DNA of 64,000 bases. Origin: an uncultured Chroococcidiopsis sp. (GTDB lineage: Bacteria > Cyanobacteriota > Cyanobacteriia > Cyanobacteriales > Chroococcidiopsidaceae). The DNA lies in the NCBI GenBank assembly GCA_964248365.1, contig CAXTYC010000006.1:64001-128000 (forward strand). Reading direction: 5' to 3'. Shown piece after piece: positions 1 to 10,412 of the stretch. How positions within the stretch are numbered: the stretch's first letter is position 1; each line of letters opens with the position of its first letter. A program made the position numbers and the translations under genes. The notes under the pieces were generated by a model, which was given only the letters and a program-made list of their open reading frames with translations, ran no database searches and had not been told where the DNA came from.

Positions 1-824
1 ATTGCAATCAGTTTTCAGGATTTCTGGGAATTTAAGAAAAACTTTTCCTTGGAAAAGTCGATGAGTAATTTGTATAACTTGCAATCTAAAGTTTCATTTA
101 CGAATTTCAATATTTATCATTACATTAAAAAATAAAATTTATTCTGCTCTTTTCTTTTCTAGGCGGTCTTGGTAAAGATAATAGCCTCACCTGTCTATAA
201 AGACACAATTCATTTGTAAACAGCTTTTAGGTAACTGGTAATTGGTAGTTGGTAATTACCAGTTACCTATTCCCCTTAGAAATATTTCCTCACTCAACTA
301 GGATTACTATATTTACATTTCGCAAACTTAGCTAGTGTGACCAAAGCAGTAATTGCATTCTTATAAGTTTTTATTAATTTTTTACTCACAACTTAACATA
401 TTAATAATGAATAAGAGCTACTATTAGCTCTTTATGGCTCTAATCTAATATAAATCAATAGCTATTTAATGATTTATTAATCTTTTATTTTAGTTATAGT
501 GAAATTATAAGTAAAATTATAACTAATTAGTTATTAAAAGATTTAGTTATTTAAATTTTTAGTTAGAATCAAGCTTCATCCTTTAGACAGAAGCAAACCG
601 TTATTATGTCTGCTTTTCAGGCTTTCAAACTAAACACTTTATCCCCTTTGTAAGAGCCAAATTATTACTGTAGACGTACAAATTTGAAATAAGTTTCTTG
701 ACTTCTCTGCCTGTGAAATGTTTTTATTTTGGACGGTGCATCGATGAACAATCTTCTGTTGATTGAGTTAAAAAAAGCATCGATGAAAATTTTCTGTTAA
801 TTCACACGCAAGGAATTCATCAAC

Positions 825-1616
825 ATGAAACAAAGCCTTTGGTTTCGTAAAGGTGCTGAAAAGGTTTTGCAAACTCTAAGTGCTATGGCTATATTGTTTA
901 GCTCAACAGCAGTGCTTGCTGATCCTCCAGGGAATGGCTGGCAGCTGAAATTCAGCGATGATTTTAATGGCTCATCTCTTGATAATTCCAAGTGGAGTCC
1001 TTGCTTTTATTGGGGTTCGTCAGATGGATGTACTAACGGTGGTGCTGGCGACCTACAATGGTTTCAGCCAGATGAAGTATCAGTACAAAATGGGATATTG
1101 CGTTTAAGCGCCCACAAGCGTCAATCCCATGGTAAAGAATATACATCTGGGATGATTGATACCCATGATAAGTTTGCCTTTCAGTACGGCTATGCGGAGT
1201 TTCGCGCTAAAGTGCCAAAAGGCAATGGATATTGGCCAACACTCTGGCTGCTCTCACAAAACAAAAACTGGCCGCCTGAACTAGATGTTGCCGAATTTAT
1301 TGGAAGTAATACCAATAACGTGCATATGACCATACACTACGATGAAGGTGGACATAAAAGCTCATCTGGCTGGTGGGGTGGAACGGACTTTTCTGCCGAC
1401 TATCACACCTATGGAGTGGAATGGGCTCCTGACAAAATCGTTTGGTATGTAGATGGTGTTGAGCGTCGGACTTATACAGGTCCTGGCATTCCACAAACCC
1501 CAATGTATCTTACAGCCACTCTTGCGCTTGGTGCAGCTTGGTCAGTTCCTCCCGATGATTCTACTCCGTTCCCTGGCTACTTGGACATTGACTACATTAA
1601 AGTTTGGCAACGCTAA
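825..1616 (+). CDS. Secreted glycoside hydrolase family 16 (beta-glucanase-like)
   Basis: Signal peptide ending AVLA; FSDDFNG; catalytic E-x-D-x-x-E motif (WPPELDVAE); YHTYGVEW; IDYIKVWQ. Confidence 0.9.
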   Translation: MKQSLWFRKGAEKVLQTLSAMAILFSSTAVLADPPGNGWQLKFSDDFNGSSLDNSKWSPCFYWGSSDGCTNGGAGDLQWFQPDEVSVQNGILRLSAHKRQSHGKEYTSGMIDTHDKFAFQYGYAEFRAKVPKGNGYWPTLWLLSQNKNWPPELDVAEFIGSNTNNVHMTIHYDEGGHKSSSGWWGGTDFSADYHTYGVEWAPDKIVWYVDGVERRTYTGPGIPQTPMYLTATLALGAAWSVPPDDSTPFPGYLDIDYIKVWQR

Positions 1617-2227
1617 TTAAGGCTAATAGTCTCACCCTGCAACAAGAGACGCTCAAGCTTTGCTTTGTATCATCTAATCGCCTCAACTGGCATTTCAAGA
1701 AACTCTACTACTGATAAATAATTGATTTTTACCTCGGCAGTATTATTGCCTAATGTTATACTGCTTTGTCTGCAACCTGACAATTTGCCTTTGCTTACCC
1801 TACTATGTGCTGATAATATCAGAGCAAGCAAAGGTTAAGAACACTATTCGAGTAAGTCAAACTTTGCCCCACGACCAACAGCATAGGGTGACAAAAAATC
1901 AGAAAATGTCAGTAGTTAGGGCGCACAGTTTTTGAGGCAAAAAAAGACAAGGCAAGCTCATGGGCTACAAGTCTACTACCTAAAAGTAGTATCGTCTTTA
2001 TTCTGCCCTGACCCCTTTGGCAACAGCCAAAGAATCAACTTCAATATCTATTGCAATGGCATCAGCAATTAACACTCTTACTAGCTGCGATTGTGCTAAA
2101 ACCGATTAAACTTAAAAATCGGCACAATTGCAGCTATTTTACATGAGCTTGGGAAATCTCCATATTTCTCCCAAAATTAGCTATCTTAGGAGGAATTCAT
2201 GAGTGATTTGTGTTTTATTGAGCTACT

Positions 2228-3184
2228 GTGGAGACTTCAAACTTACTACTTAAACTAAGTCGGCGTTTGTTCAGTGACTCATCTGAACAAGAAAGATTTA
2301 TTCAAGCTCTGATTCATCCGAAAATATTTCGACCTTGCATTATTTGGTGTCAAAATAAACCTACAGTTTTACCCTTTAGCGTTGAAACCCCTACTCCTTG
2401 GCAGCCATCTTTTGTAGATTGCTTATCTATAGGCGAAAAACCAGGTCAGTATTCTTTGCATGAAAGCGGTTATTACTACTGCCTAGACTTTTCATCTATA
2501 TTTGCTGCTTCGACACTGTTGACAATAGGAGCACCAGTAAATTCAGTTTTTGATATGTGTGCTGCACCAGGAGGCAAGAGTATTTTTGCTTGGAGAGCAT
2601 TACGACCAGAATTACTGATGTCTAACGAAGTAATAGGCAAACGTACTGGTATGTTAATTTTTAACTTAAAACGTTGCCATATTACACCCTCTATTGTATT
2701 AAGTATTGATTCGCAGATTTTGGCAAAACTAATACCTAGTTCTAGTAACGTGGTAATTGTAGATGCTCCTTGTACTGGTCAATCCTTACTCGCTAAGGGT
2801 GGTAAAGCTCCTGGCTGTTTTCATCCGACTTTAATTAATAAAAGTGCTAATAGACAAAAAAGAATAATAGCTAACTCAGCCCAAATAGTCGCACCAGAAG
2901 GCTATTTAGCTTATATAACTTGTACATATTCATTAGAAGAAAATGAACAAGTGTGTGAATGGTTTTTGGCAAAGTTTCCTCAATTTCAACCCCTAGTAAT
3001 TCCCCATTTGGCTGCCTACCAATCCCATCTGTCTAATATTCCTTGTTACCGAATGTGGCCTCAAGATGCTCTTGGTGCAGGAGCGTTCACAGTACTATTT
3101 AAGAATGGTGCGGATGGAAAAATAAGCCAGCTAGATTTAGATGTTTTAGCTAAACACGGTATAATCAATAGAATTTCTGCCTGA
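2228..3184 (+). CDS. RsmB/NOP2-family RNA m5C methyltransferase
   Basis: DMCAAPGGKS, VDAPCTG and YITCTYSLEENE motifs. Confidence 0.88.
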   Translation: METSNLLLKLSRRLFSDSSEQERFIQALIHPKIFRPCIIWCQNKPTVLPFSVETPTPWQPSFVDCLSIGEKPGQYSLHESGYYYCLDFSSIFAASTLLTIGAPVNSVFDMCAAPGGKSIFAWRALRPELLMSNEVIGKRTGMLIFNLKRCHITPSIVLSIDSQILAKLIPSSSNVVIVDAPCTGQSLLAKGGKAPGCFHPTLINKSANRQKRIIANSAQIVAPEGYLAYITCTYSLEENEQVCEWFLAKFPQFQPLVIPHLAAYQSHLSNIPCYRMWPQDALGAGAFTVLFKNGADGKISQLDLDVLAKHGIINRISA

Positions 3185-3196
3185 TTAAGGTATAAA

Positions 3197-3221
3197 GTAA
3201 GGTGGGCAATGCCCACCCTAC
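3197..3221. repeat. REP-like palindrome GTA(A/G)GGTGGGCAATGCCCACC(C/T)TAC
   Basis: Near-identical copies at 51803-51827, 62456-62476 and 62716-62740. Confidence 0.8.
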
Positions 3222-3252
3222 AATGTTACATTGCGATCGCAATGCAAAAAAA

Positions 3253-4125
3253 TTACAGGTATGGATTATCAAGAACAAACGCCTTTGGTTCAGGCTTACC
3301 TTGTTCAGCACTACGCCAATAATGATCTAGGGTGTGCATAACAAAAATCTGCTCAATCCAGCGTGTTTGCTTAAATATTCTTTGTGACCGTAAGAATGTG
3401 TAAGGATGAATTTTTCTGTGAAGATGTTCTGCATTAAACTCGTTCACAGCTAAAAGTTCTCCTACCCAAGGATTTGCACTGGTAACACCTATGTCGTCAA
3501 GGTAGACTAAGGTCATAGGTAAATATTTTTCTGGCTCACCAAGTAATACAGTTAGACACTCTTTGGCAGACCAGTAATAATCAACATCTACAGATACAAA
3601 GCCTACTGGACTCTTGGAAGAGAGAGTTTTAATAAATTCGGGGGCAGTTTCTGCAATGTTTCCAATAATCAATTGGGCATTATCAGGTAACGCCTGCAAA
3701 AGTTTTGTCCGATTAACCATAGGGAAATGCCCCTCCTTAAATATCTCAGGCTGATCTCGATAATCCCTTGGGGGAGGCATACCTACACCAGTATCAAAGC
3801 CGTAGATTTTGAATTTAACACCTGTTTCTTTCGTTATATTTTTTGCGATTTCACAAATGTTGAGTAAACCTGCACCAGCAGCTACACCAAATTCAATTGC
3901 AGTTATAGATTCAAGTCCCAATTCTTGAGCAAATTCTGCTGCTTTGAGAAGACAAAAAGCATTCTGTTGCCGTATAACTAAGTCAAAATCAATTTTTTGG
4001 CTGTAAGAACCAAATAAAGCAACAAATATTGATAAAATATTTAAATGTATAGGTTCTGTTAGCCTTTCGTAGAAAATTCTGTTGATTTTTTCTTTACGGG
4101 TGAGCTTTTTAAGCAAGTATTTCAT
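3253..4125 (-). CDS. Putative TylF/MycF-like O-methyltransferase
   Basis: IEFGVAAG, YGFDTG and VDVDYY motifs resemble the macrocin O-methyltransferase family. Confidence 0.6.
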   Translation of the reverse strand: MKYLLKKLTRKEKINRIFYERLTEPIHLNILSIFVALFGSYSQKIDFDLVIRQQNAFCLLKAAEFAQELGLESITAIEFGVAAGAGLLNICEIAKNITKETGVKFKIYGFDTGVGMPPPRDYRDQPEIFKEGHFPMVNRTKLLQALPDNAQLIIGNIAETAPEFIKTLSSKSPVGFVSVDVDYYWSAKECLTVLLGEPEKYLPMTLVYLDDIGVTSANPWVGELLAVNEFNAEHLHRKIHPYTFLRSQRIFKQTRWIEQIFVMHTLDHYWRSAEQGKPEPKAFVLDNPYL

Positions 4126-5512
4126 TAGTTTTCTACTCCAATTTTGTTAAAAATTTACCAAAGAAGGTATACACCCTATAAGTGTGCAAAAGCGATCAGG
4201 TCTACTTTTGCTATTTACCTTGACTAGGTAAGTAATATATCGTGTTATGCCTAAATGTAAATGAGTTGAACAGATTTGTTATAGAAGTGGCTCAAATATA
4301 TTTATTTTGAATTGGTTATTTGACATCCTCATCGGCGGCTATGACACCATATTCCTATCTAAAGACGCATTTCTTTGAAAGCGGGGCAGCAGTTAGCAGC
4401 AAGCAAAGCAGGTAGATTTTCTTATCACCTCGATCACTCGGCGTAAGTTTGAGGCGAGGCTTTCGCGTTTGCCCTCAGACTGGTGTTATTTTATCTTGTA
4501 GTGGCGAAAAGTAAAGCGGTTATATTCGCCGTTTAGCTGTTTCCAAATGTTGTGAAATCTGTAGACTTTTTTATCGCAGCGACTTTAAGCACAGGCAAAC
4601 TCGATTATTACAAAAGACTAGTCATCGAGTTTACTTTGCTTCTAGTAGCTATTTAATACTATCGGTTACGTAGGCACTATTTATTGATCGTTTTGCACTA
4701 TTTACTTGGTTAAAAGTAGCTAATACTACCTCGTATAAGATACATCGAAGGAGGGACGATATTTCTAGCCTACTATGATTAGCATTCGCATTGTGTTGTT
4801 TTGAAGTAGCTCCTCACCAGGAAAAATGTAAACAAAGTTACATAATGAATGTTGGCTAATGATGAATTTTGACATTGTTGAGAATGCCTCTGGGTAGTTA
4901 CACTGAGGATGAGTTGGGCAAGGTAGTCGTTTGCTGTTTGAACTGTAATTCCTGTAAGTGTGTAAATATTGTTGCTAAAAATTAATTATTTTCCTCAGCG
5001 AGAAAGATGGCAAAGCTTTAGTACTGGTGGTAGTTAACATCGGATGGCAGAGCTTAGCCAATTTTTAGTATAATTGTATACCAATAAGTTCAAGCGGCTC
5101 AAACAAGTCAGGGTAATATTCAAGGGTTTATAGTATAAATATTTACAAGAGTTCTAAAAAAAAACCTATTAGGTTAAACCTAGCTAATAATAAAATTGTA
5201 AAATTAGTCTAAGGGTTGACAATCAACTTGTACACCTAATAGTATACTTAGGCATTTACTTGAGGATAACTGTAAGAAAGGAATCAAGGAAAGTGAAAAA
5301 AATGAAATTAGGCTGGCTCCTACAATAAGCAATAAGTTGAAGATAATATTAATCAACCAATCAAAAGGTTCAAAGGTTTGAAGCTAGCGATCGCATATAA
5401 ATAATGCTAGACATTAGACTTCAAATCACTTAGGAGTAACAAAATCAAAATCAGATAAGGTAAATCTAGAACTGGAGCTTAATAGTTGATTTCAGTTAGG
5501 GAGCAGATACAA

Positions 5513-6280
5513 ATGAAGAGAGTCAATCTACTGAACATTGAGTTTGACAACCTTAGTATTAGGCAATTATTAAAAGAACTAAAGTCCGGTGTTGTATTTA
5601 CGCCTAATGTAGATCACCTGATGAAGTTGCAATGCGATCAGGAGTTTTTTAAGGCTTATGAAATTGCCAATTATAAATTATGCGATAGTAAAATATTAAT
5701 TTACGCCTCACACTTTTTAGGTACACCAATCAAGGAAAAAATTTCTGGTTCTGACTTTTTTCCTGCTTTTTACAACTATCACAAAAACAACGAAAAAGTT
5801 AAAATATTTCTACTAGGAGGAACTAAAGGAGTTGCACTTAGAGCGCAAGAAAAAATTAATAGGAAAGTAGGAAGAAATATAGTTGTAGCTGCTCATTCAC
5901 CATCGCTTGGCTTTGAGAATGATGAACGAGAGTGTGCAGAAATAATCGAAATGATCAACTCTTCAGAAGCTACCGTTTTGGCAATTGGAGTAGGAGCGCC
6001 GAAACAGGAAAAGTGGATATATAAGTACAAAAATAAGCTGACGAAGATAAATTTTTTTTTTGCTATAGGTGCAACTATAGATTTTGAAGCAGGCAATGTA
6101 AAAAGAGCGCCCAAATGGATAAGCGAAGTTGGTTTTGAATGGTTATATAGATTATTATCTGAACCACAAAGATTATGGAAGAGATACTTAGTAGAAGATT
6201 TACCTTTTTTCTGGTTGATTTTAAAGCAGAAGCTTAATCTATATACAACACCTAAAAATGACGAACAACTATACGAGTAA
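5513..6280 (+). CDS. WecB/TagA/CpsF family glycosyltransferase
   Basis: FTPNVDH, KISGSD, GVGAPKQEKW, RAPKW and EWLYRLLSEPQRLWKRY motifs; ATG at 5513 preferred. Confidence 0.92.
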   Translation: MKRVNLLNIEFDNLSIRQLLKELKSGVVFTPNVDHLMKLQCDQEFFKAYEIANYKLCDSKILIYASHFLGTPIKEKISGSDFFPAFYNYHKNNEKVKIFLLGGTKGVALRAQEKINRKVGRNIVVAAHSPSLGFENDERECAEIIEMINSSEATVLAIGVGAPKQEKWIYKYKNKLTKINFFFAIGATIDFEAGNVKRAPKWISEVGFEWLYRLLSEPQRLWKRYLVEDLPFFWLILKQKLNLYTTPKNDEQLYE

Positions 6281-6407
6281 GATAAGTGGCGCGAGAATGA
6301 AAATAAAAAATAAAGTGTTTCTACCAGATGAATTTAAAAGGTAAAGAACTAACACAATGAAGATTTTTTAAAGATTAATAGATATACACGCTTATTACTA
6401 AAGTAAA

Positions 6408-6435
6408 TAAGCTAGGCACTAAAGTTCCTAGCTTA
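6408..6435. terminator. Hairpin between convergent genes
   Basis: TAAGCTAGG...CCTAGCTTA inverted repeat. Confidence 0.45.
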
Positions 6436-6504
6436 GTAGTCATTTAATTATTTTAGAAAATTTTGGCGACCCTACCACTTCAGAAGTTAATGAGCCATAG
6501 CATT

Positions 6505-7758
6505 TTATTTAGGCACTAGTTTGATAGAGTCAAAGACAAGCCAGTAGTCTTGACTGCTAGGGTTTTTACCAGTGACGGTAAATTTGAAAGAATAATTACC
6601 AGCAGAGTTGAATTGTATGTTCCCCATATCCAATTCTACATACTCAAATGAGGGAGAATAAAGATCTTGGGGACTACCGTAGTTAACTCCATTCACCGCC
6701 ATCTGGAATTTAGCTCTTGTATTTCCTTTCTTCACTCTAACCTTTACATTGAAGGTTCTAGCTTCAGGTACGTTCACAGTGTATGTGACGAAATCATTTT
6801 GTGCTTTTGCTTTAAGTGCAGTACCCATTCCTTGGCTCAACTTATCATCCGTAAAGGAATAGTGGTAAGCAGACGTAGCTTCAACAGGTAAACCTTCAGT
6901 TTCTGAAATAATTGGCGTTAATGTTTGCGTCGAGGGACTGGAACTGTGTCGCCAAACTTTAATGTAGTCAATGTCAAAGTAATTAGGAAACGGGGTAGTG
7001 GAATCAGGTGGAATGTTTGACCAAGCTTTACCAAGGGCATGAGTAGCCATCAGATACATCGGTTGCGCTGGAATGTTTGCAGTTTGCGTAAAGCGCTTAT
7101 ACTCAACACCATCTATGTACCAGATGATTTTTTGTGGGTCCCATTGAACTGCATATGTATGGTAATCCGCAGAGAAATCAATACCATCCTTCCAGCTAGA
7201 TGAGCTTTTATGTCCACCCTCATCGTAGTGAAAAGTCATATGCATACTCTTGGTGTTGCTACCCAGATATTCTGCAATATCGATTTCTGGGGGCCAGACT
7301 TTCTTTTGTGAGCCTAGCCAAAATGTTGCCCACAGACCATTACCTTTGGGATATTTTGCGCGCATTTCAGCATAGCCGTATTGAAAGGCGAACTTATCAT
7401 GAGAAGCAATCATCCCAGAGGTATATTCATAAACCTTGTTGTTTTCGCCAACCACACTGCGCTTCTGAGCGCGTAAATGTAGAATTCCATTGTCTACAAT
7501 CACGTCATCTGGCTGGAACCATTGCATCTCATTAGCTCCACCGTTACTGCAACCATTTAATTTCCAGTCCTTCCACCAATAGCAAGTACTCCACTTATTC
7601 GTATCAAGAGTTGTGCCATTGAATTCATCGCTGAAGACTTCTACCCAACCATCACCAGTCGGGGCGGCTAGCACAGCTGCTGGGCTGAATAAAACAGCCA
7701 TGACACTAAGAGATTGCATAAATTTACTATATTTACGAAGCAAAAGATTGAATTGCAT
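6505..7758 (-). CDS. Secreted GH16 hydrolase with C-terminal carbohydrate-binding (CBM6/35-like) module
   Basis: Signal peptide; WPPEIDIAE; Ser/Thr linker; beta-rich C-terminal domain (DFVTYTVNVP...FDSIKLV). Confidence 0.87.
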   Translation of the reverse strand: MQFNLLLRKYSKFMQSLSVMAVLFSPAAVLAAPTGDGWVEVFSDEFNGTTLDTNKWSTCYWWKDWKLNGCSNGGANEMQWFQPDDVIVDNGILHLRAQKRSVVGENNKVYEYTSGMIASHDKFAFQYGYAEMRAKYPKGNGLWATFWLGSQKKVWPPEIDIAEYLGSNTKSMHMTFHYDEGGHKSSSSWKDGIDFSADYHTYAVQWDPQKIIWYIDGVEYKRFTQTANIPAQPMYLMATHALGKAWSNIPPDSTTPFPNYFDIDYIKVWRHSSSPSTQTLTPIISETEGLPVEATSAYHYSFTDDKLSQGMGTALKAKAQNDFVTYTVNVPEARTFNVKVRVKKGNTRAKFQMAVNGVNYGSPQDLYSPSFEYVELDMGNIQFNSAGNYSFKFTVTGKNPSSQDYWLVFDSIKLVPK

Positions 7759-8688
7759 GATGATTATCCTGTCAATGAAATGGCAAGTTAGGAATCGAAT
7801 TATTGATTGAAATCGGCGATTGAATTGATGTATAATTGCAGCTATAAACTGTTGATTTCTATACAGATATGCAAATATTTCTGACTGAATTCACAGTTTT
7901 ATAGGCTCGTTATATCTATCTATTTAGATGTCTGCGAAACTTAACCCTACAATGGCGAAGCCAAACTTAAATTGCGCTCAAAGCATATAAAGGCAAATAC
8001 TTCAATGCATAAATGAGTTGCTGGCTTATGTATATAAGTCAGTTTGTTTTTCATTAGGTAAACCTAATCTTTTGACTCTTTATTAATTTGGGTTAATCAA
8101 ATCTGTCTATAATCAAATTTAATGTTATTTTAATAATTACCCAAGCGCAATTTTACTGAAATTTATTTACAACTAATTTACGGATTATTTTTATTATGAT
8201 ATTGAAAATTTTAAAAATATATATAGTAATTATACTTAGTTGCAAAACTTAAATTTTCTATTTTGAAAAATAAACTTACTAAATTTGTAAACCAAGAAAT
8301 ATGTTAAGTATAGTTAGGTATTTACTAGTCAGTTAATTAAATCACTAATTATATGTTTAAGGAATGTTACTGAATATATATGTAAATAATCAAACAAGCT
8401 TGTTTTACTCTACCCACCGATTCGCGCCGTGAAGACCAATATAGAGATATAGGGCTGAACAAACCTTAAATTTACTGAAGTTATTATTATGTGATTTATA
8501 CTGAACTTAAACTACAGTAAGTAAAATCGCTCAGCCTCATTTAGTAATACTCTGCGTAAGCAGTGTGAGCCGTACTGGAAGGTATGATTCGAGCAAAAGG
8601 ATTGAAAGTATATAGCTAGATTTGAAAGTGTAAAAATACGTCGGGTGCGAGCTTAAACATTTTTCCCAAAGGCTTTATTATTGCAAGC

Positions 8689-9870
8689 ATGACTACAAGA
8701 AAAAAAGTACAGCTAAAGGCTCTTACGGGCATACGGTTTTTTGCCGCTTTAGGTGTTGTTTTATATCATTATCCAGAGGCGAATTCTTTATCTACCTTAT
8801 CTGAACTACCTGAACATTTTCAGTACCTAGTTCGCTATGGCTATATTGGTGTTAGTATTTTTTTTGTCCTTTCGGGGTTTATTCTTGCGTATAATTATGT
8901 AGACTCAGTTGGAAACAAATACACAGACTATCAACGCTTTTGGATAAACAGGTTTGCCCGTGTTTACCCTCTTTATTTATTTGCACTTCTTTTAAGCGCT
9001 CCATTTTTTATCAATCAAGTATTAAAAAACTTCAATTCCACTAGTTCACTGCTTGAAACTAGTCTGACAGTAACTTCTGTATTAACTTTACTTCAGGCAT
9101 GGACCCCACAGACAGCTTGTAAATGGAACTGCCCTGGATGGTCGCTTTCAGCAGAAGCATTTTTCTACTTTCTCTTTCCCTATCTCGCTATTTATGTGTC
9201 AAAAAGGAGTAGCAGAAAACTTATTTTTCCAATTCTTATCAGTTGGATTATAGGTTTTATAGCACCAAGTATTTATTTGTTAACTCAAGTCAATAAAATC
9301 TACCCTACAGTAAGTAATTCACTGTTAGATTGGCAAGCTTTTATAATGTTTGCGCCAATTTTCCATTTACCTCAGTTTATAATTGGAGTGTTGTCGGGAA
9401 CTCTTTTCACAAGAGCCTTAAGTAACTCATCCAATAATTATCTGAAATTCTCTGGAATATTTTTGCCTGCATGGGTGTGTTTATTTTTTATTTTGATGGT
9501 TCTAAGTTCTTTTGAAATTCCTAATGTTTTGTTGAATAATGGCTTACTGGCTCCTTTATTCGCTTTACTTATATATGCTTTAGGATATCAAAATGAAATT
9601 CTAGCAAAGTTTTTATCTTTCCCAATTTTTCTAGTTCTTGGCAACGCCAGCTATGCTATGTATATTTTGCACATACCAGTACTTTTATGGATGCGCTTTA
9701 TAAGTAAAATATCCAGAATTGGAGACTTTAATTCACTATCTTTTCTCTTATGTTATGTTGCTCTTCTTACTGCTGTATCAATAGGTGCTTTTTATTTTAT
9801 AGAAAAGCCTCTTAGGAAAGTTGTAGTAAATCGCCTAAGCAAGCGTTTACAGCTATTTTCAGTTAAGTAA
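8689..9870 (+). CDS. Acyltransferase family 3 (OafA-like) membrane protein
   Basis: LTGIRFFAA, GVSIFFVLSGF, RFARVYP, WSLSAEAFFY, SYAMYILH motifs. Confidence 0.92.
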   Translation: MTTRKKVQLKALTGIRFFAALGVVLYHYPEANSLSTLSELPEHFQYLVRYGYIGVSIFFVLSGFILAYNYVDSVGNKYTDYQRFWINRFARVYPLYLFALLLSAPFFINQVLKNFNSTSSLLETSLTVTSVLTLLQAWTPQTACKWNCPGWSLSAEAFFYFLFPYLAIYVSKRSSRKLIFPILISWIIGFIAPSIYLLTQVNKIYPTVSNSLLDWQAFIMFAPIFHLPQFIIGVLSGTLFTRALSNSSNNYLKFSGIFLPAWVCLFFILMVLSSFEIPNVLLNNGLLAPLFALLIYALGYQNEILAKFLSFPIFLVLGNASYAMYILHIPVLLWMRFISKISRIGDFNSLSFLLCYVALLTAVSIGAFYFIEKPLRKVVVNRLSKRLQLFSVK

Positions 9871-10021
9871 ATTCAAAAGGGGCTTTCCCATATCTTGCCC
9901 TGAGAGAAAATGTGTAGTTTATATATTTAAAAGCGCTCTCTTACGCCATTGTGAGGCAAGGTGGGATGCCTACCTCACAATACAATTTATCTAATGGTTC
10001 TTGCACCTCAAGTTTTATTTA

Positions 10022-10285
10022 TCAGTCTTCTTGCCTTAACTGCCATGCTGCACCAAAAGCTGCTCCTGCTCCTGCAATTAAACCTGTACTCATTCCCTGT
10101 AAAGTTTTAGTGATTGGGTTTTGAGTCAAACACTCGCTGGTAACGTTACTGGCTTGCATACATTGTTTGCTTTCTGCCCAACTAGCAGTACCTCCAAGTA
10201 TGACACCAGCTGCACTACAAGAAACAACTAGAAACAAGAGGCGCTTAGTTTTTATGACCATAGATAGATGCGTAAATTTAACCAA
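10022..10285 (-). CDS. Small hypothetical membrane protein
   Basis: Two Gly-rich hydrophobic segments flanking a Cys pair. Confidence 0.65.
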   Translation of the reverse strand: MVKFTHLSMVIKTKRLLFLVVSCSAAGVILGGTASWAESKQCMQASNVTSECLTQNPITKTLQGMSTGLIAGAGAAFGAAWQLRQED

Positions 10286-10412
10286 TTGTATTCAGTTTTA
10301 ATAATCTTACCTAAATACGACGAAATGCAACAGTATTTGCACGTAAAATTCAACTGCTGTTTTTGAGCTAGAAGTTTACCTGGTGGGGAGCTACGTACTT
10401 TTTACCTAAAAG

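Noticed and set aside
1753..1935. 60-aa ORF (also 28025-28216, 56112-56294, 56543-56725)
   Set aside because: No motifs or clear RBS, and several overlap repeats, so coding cannot be supported.
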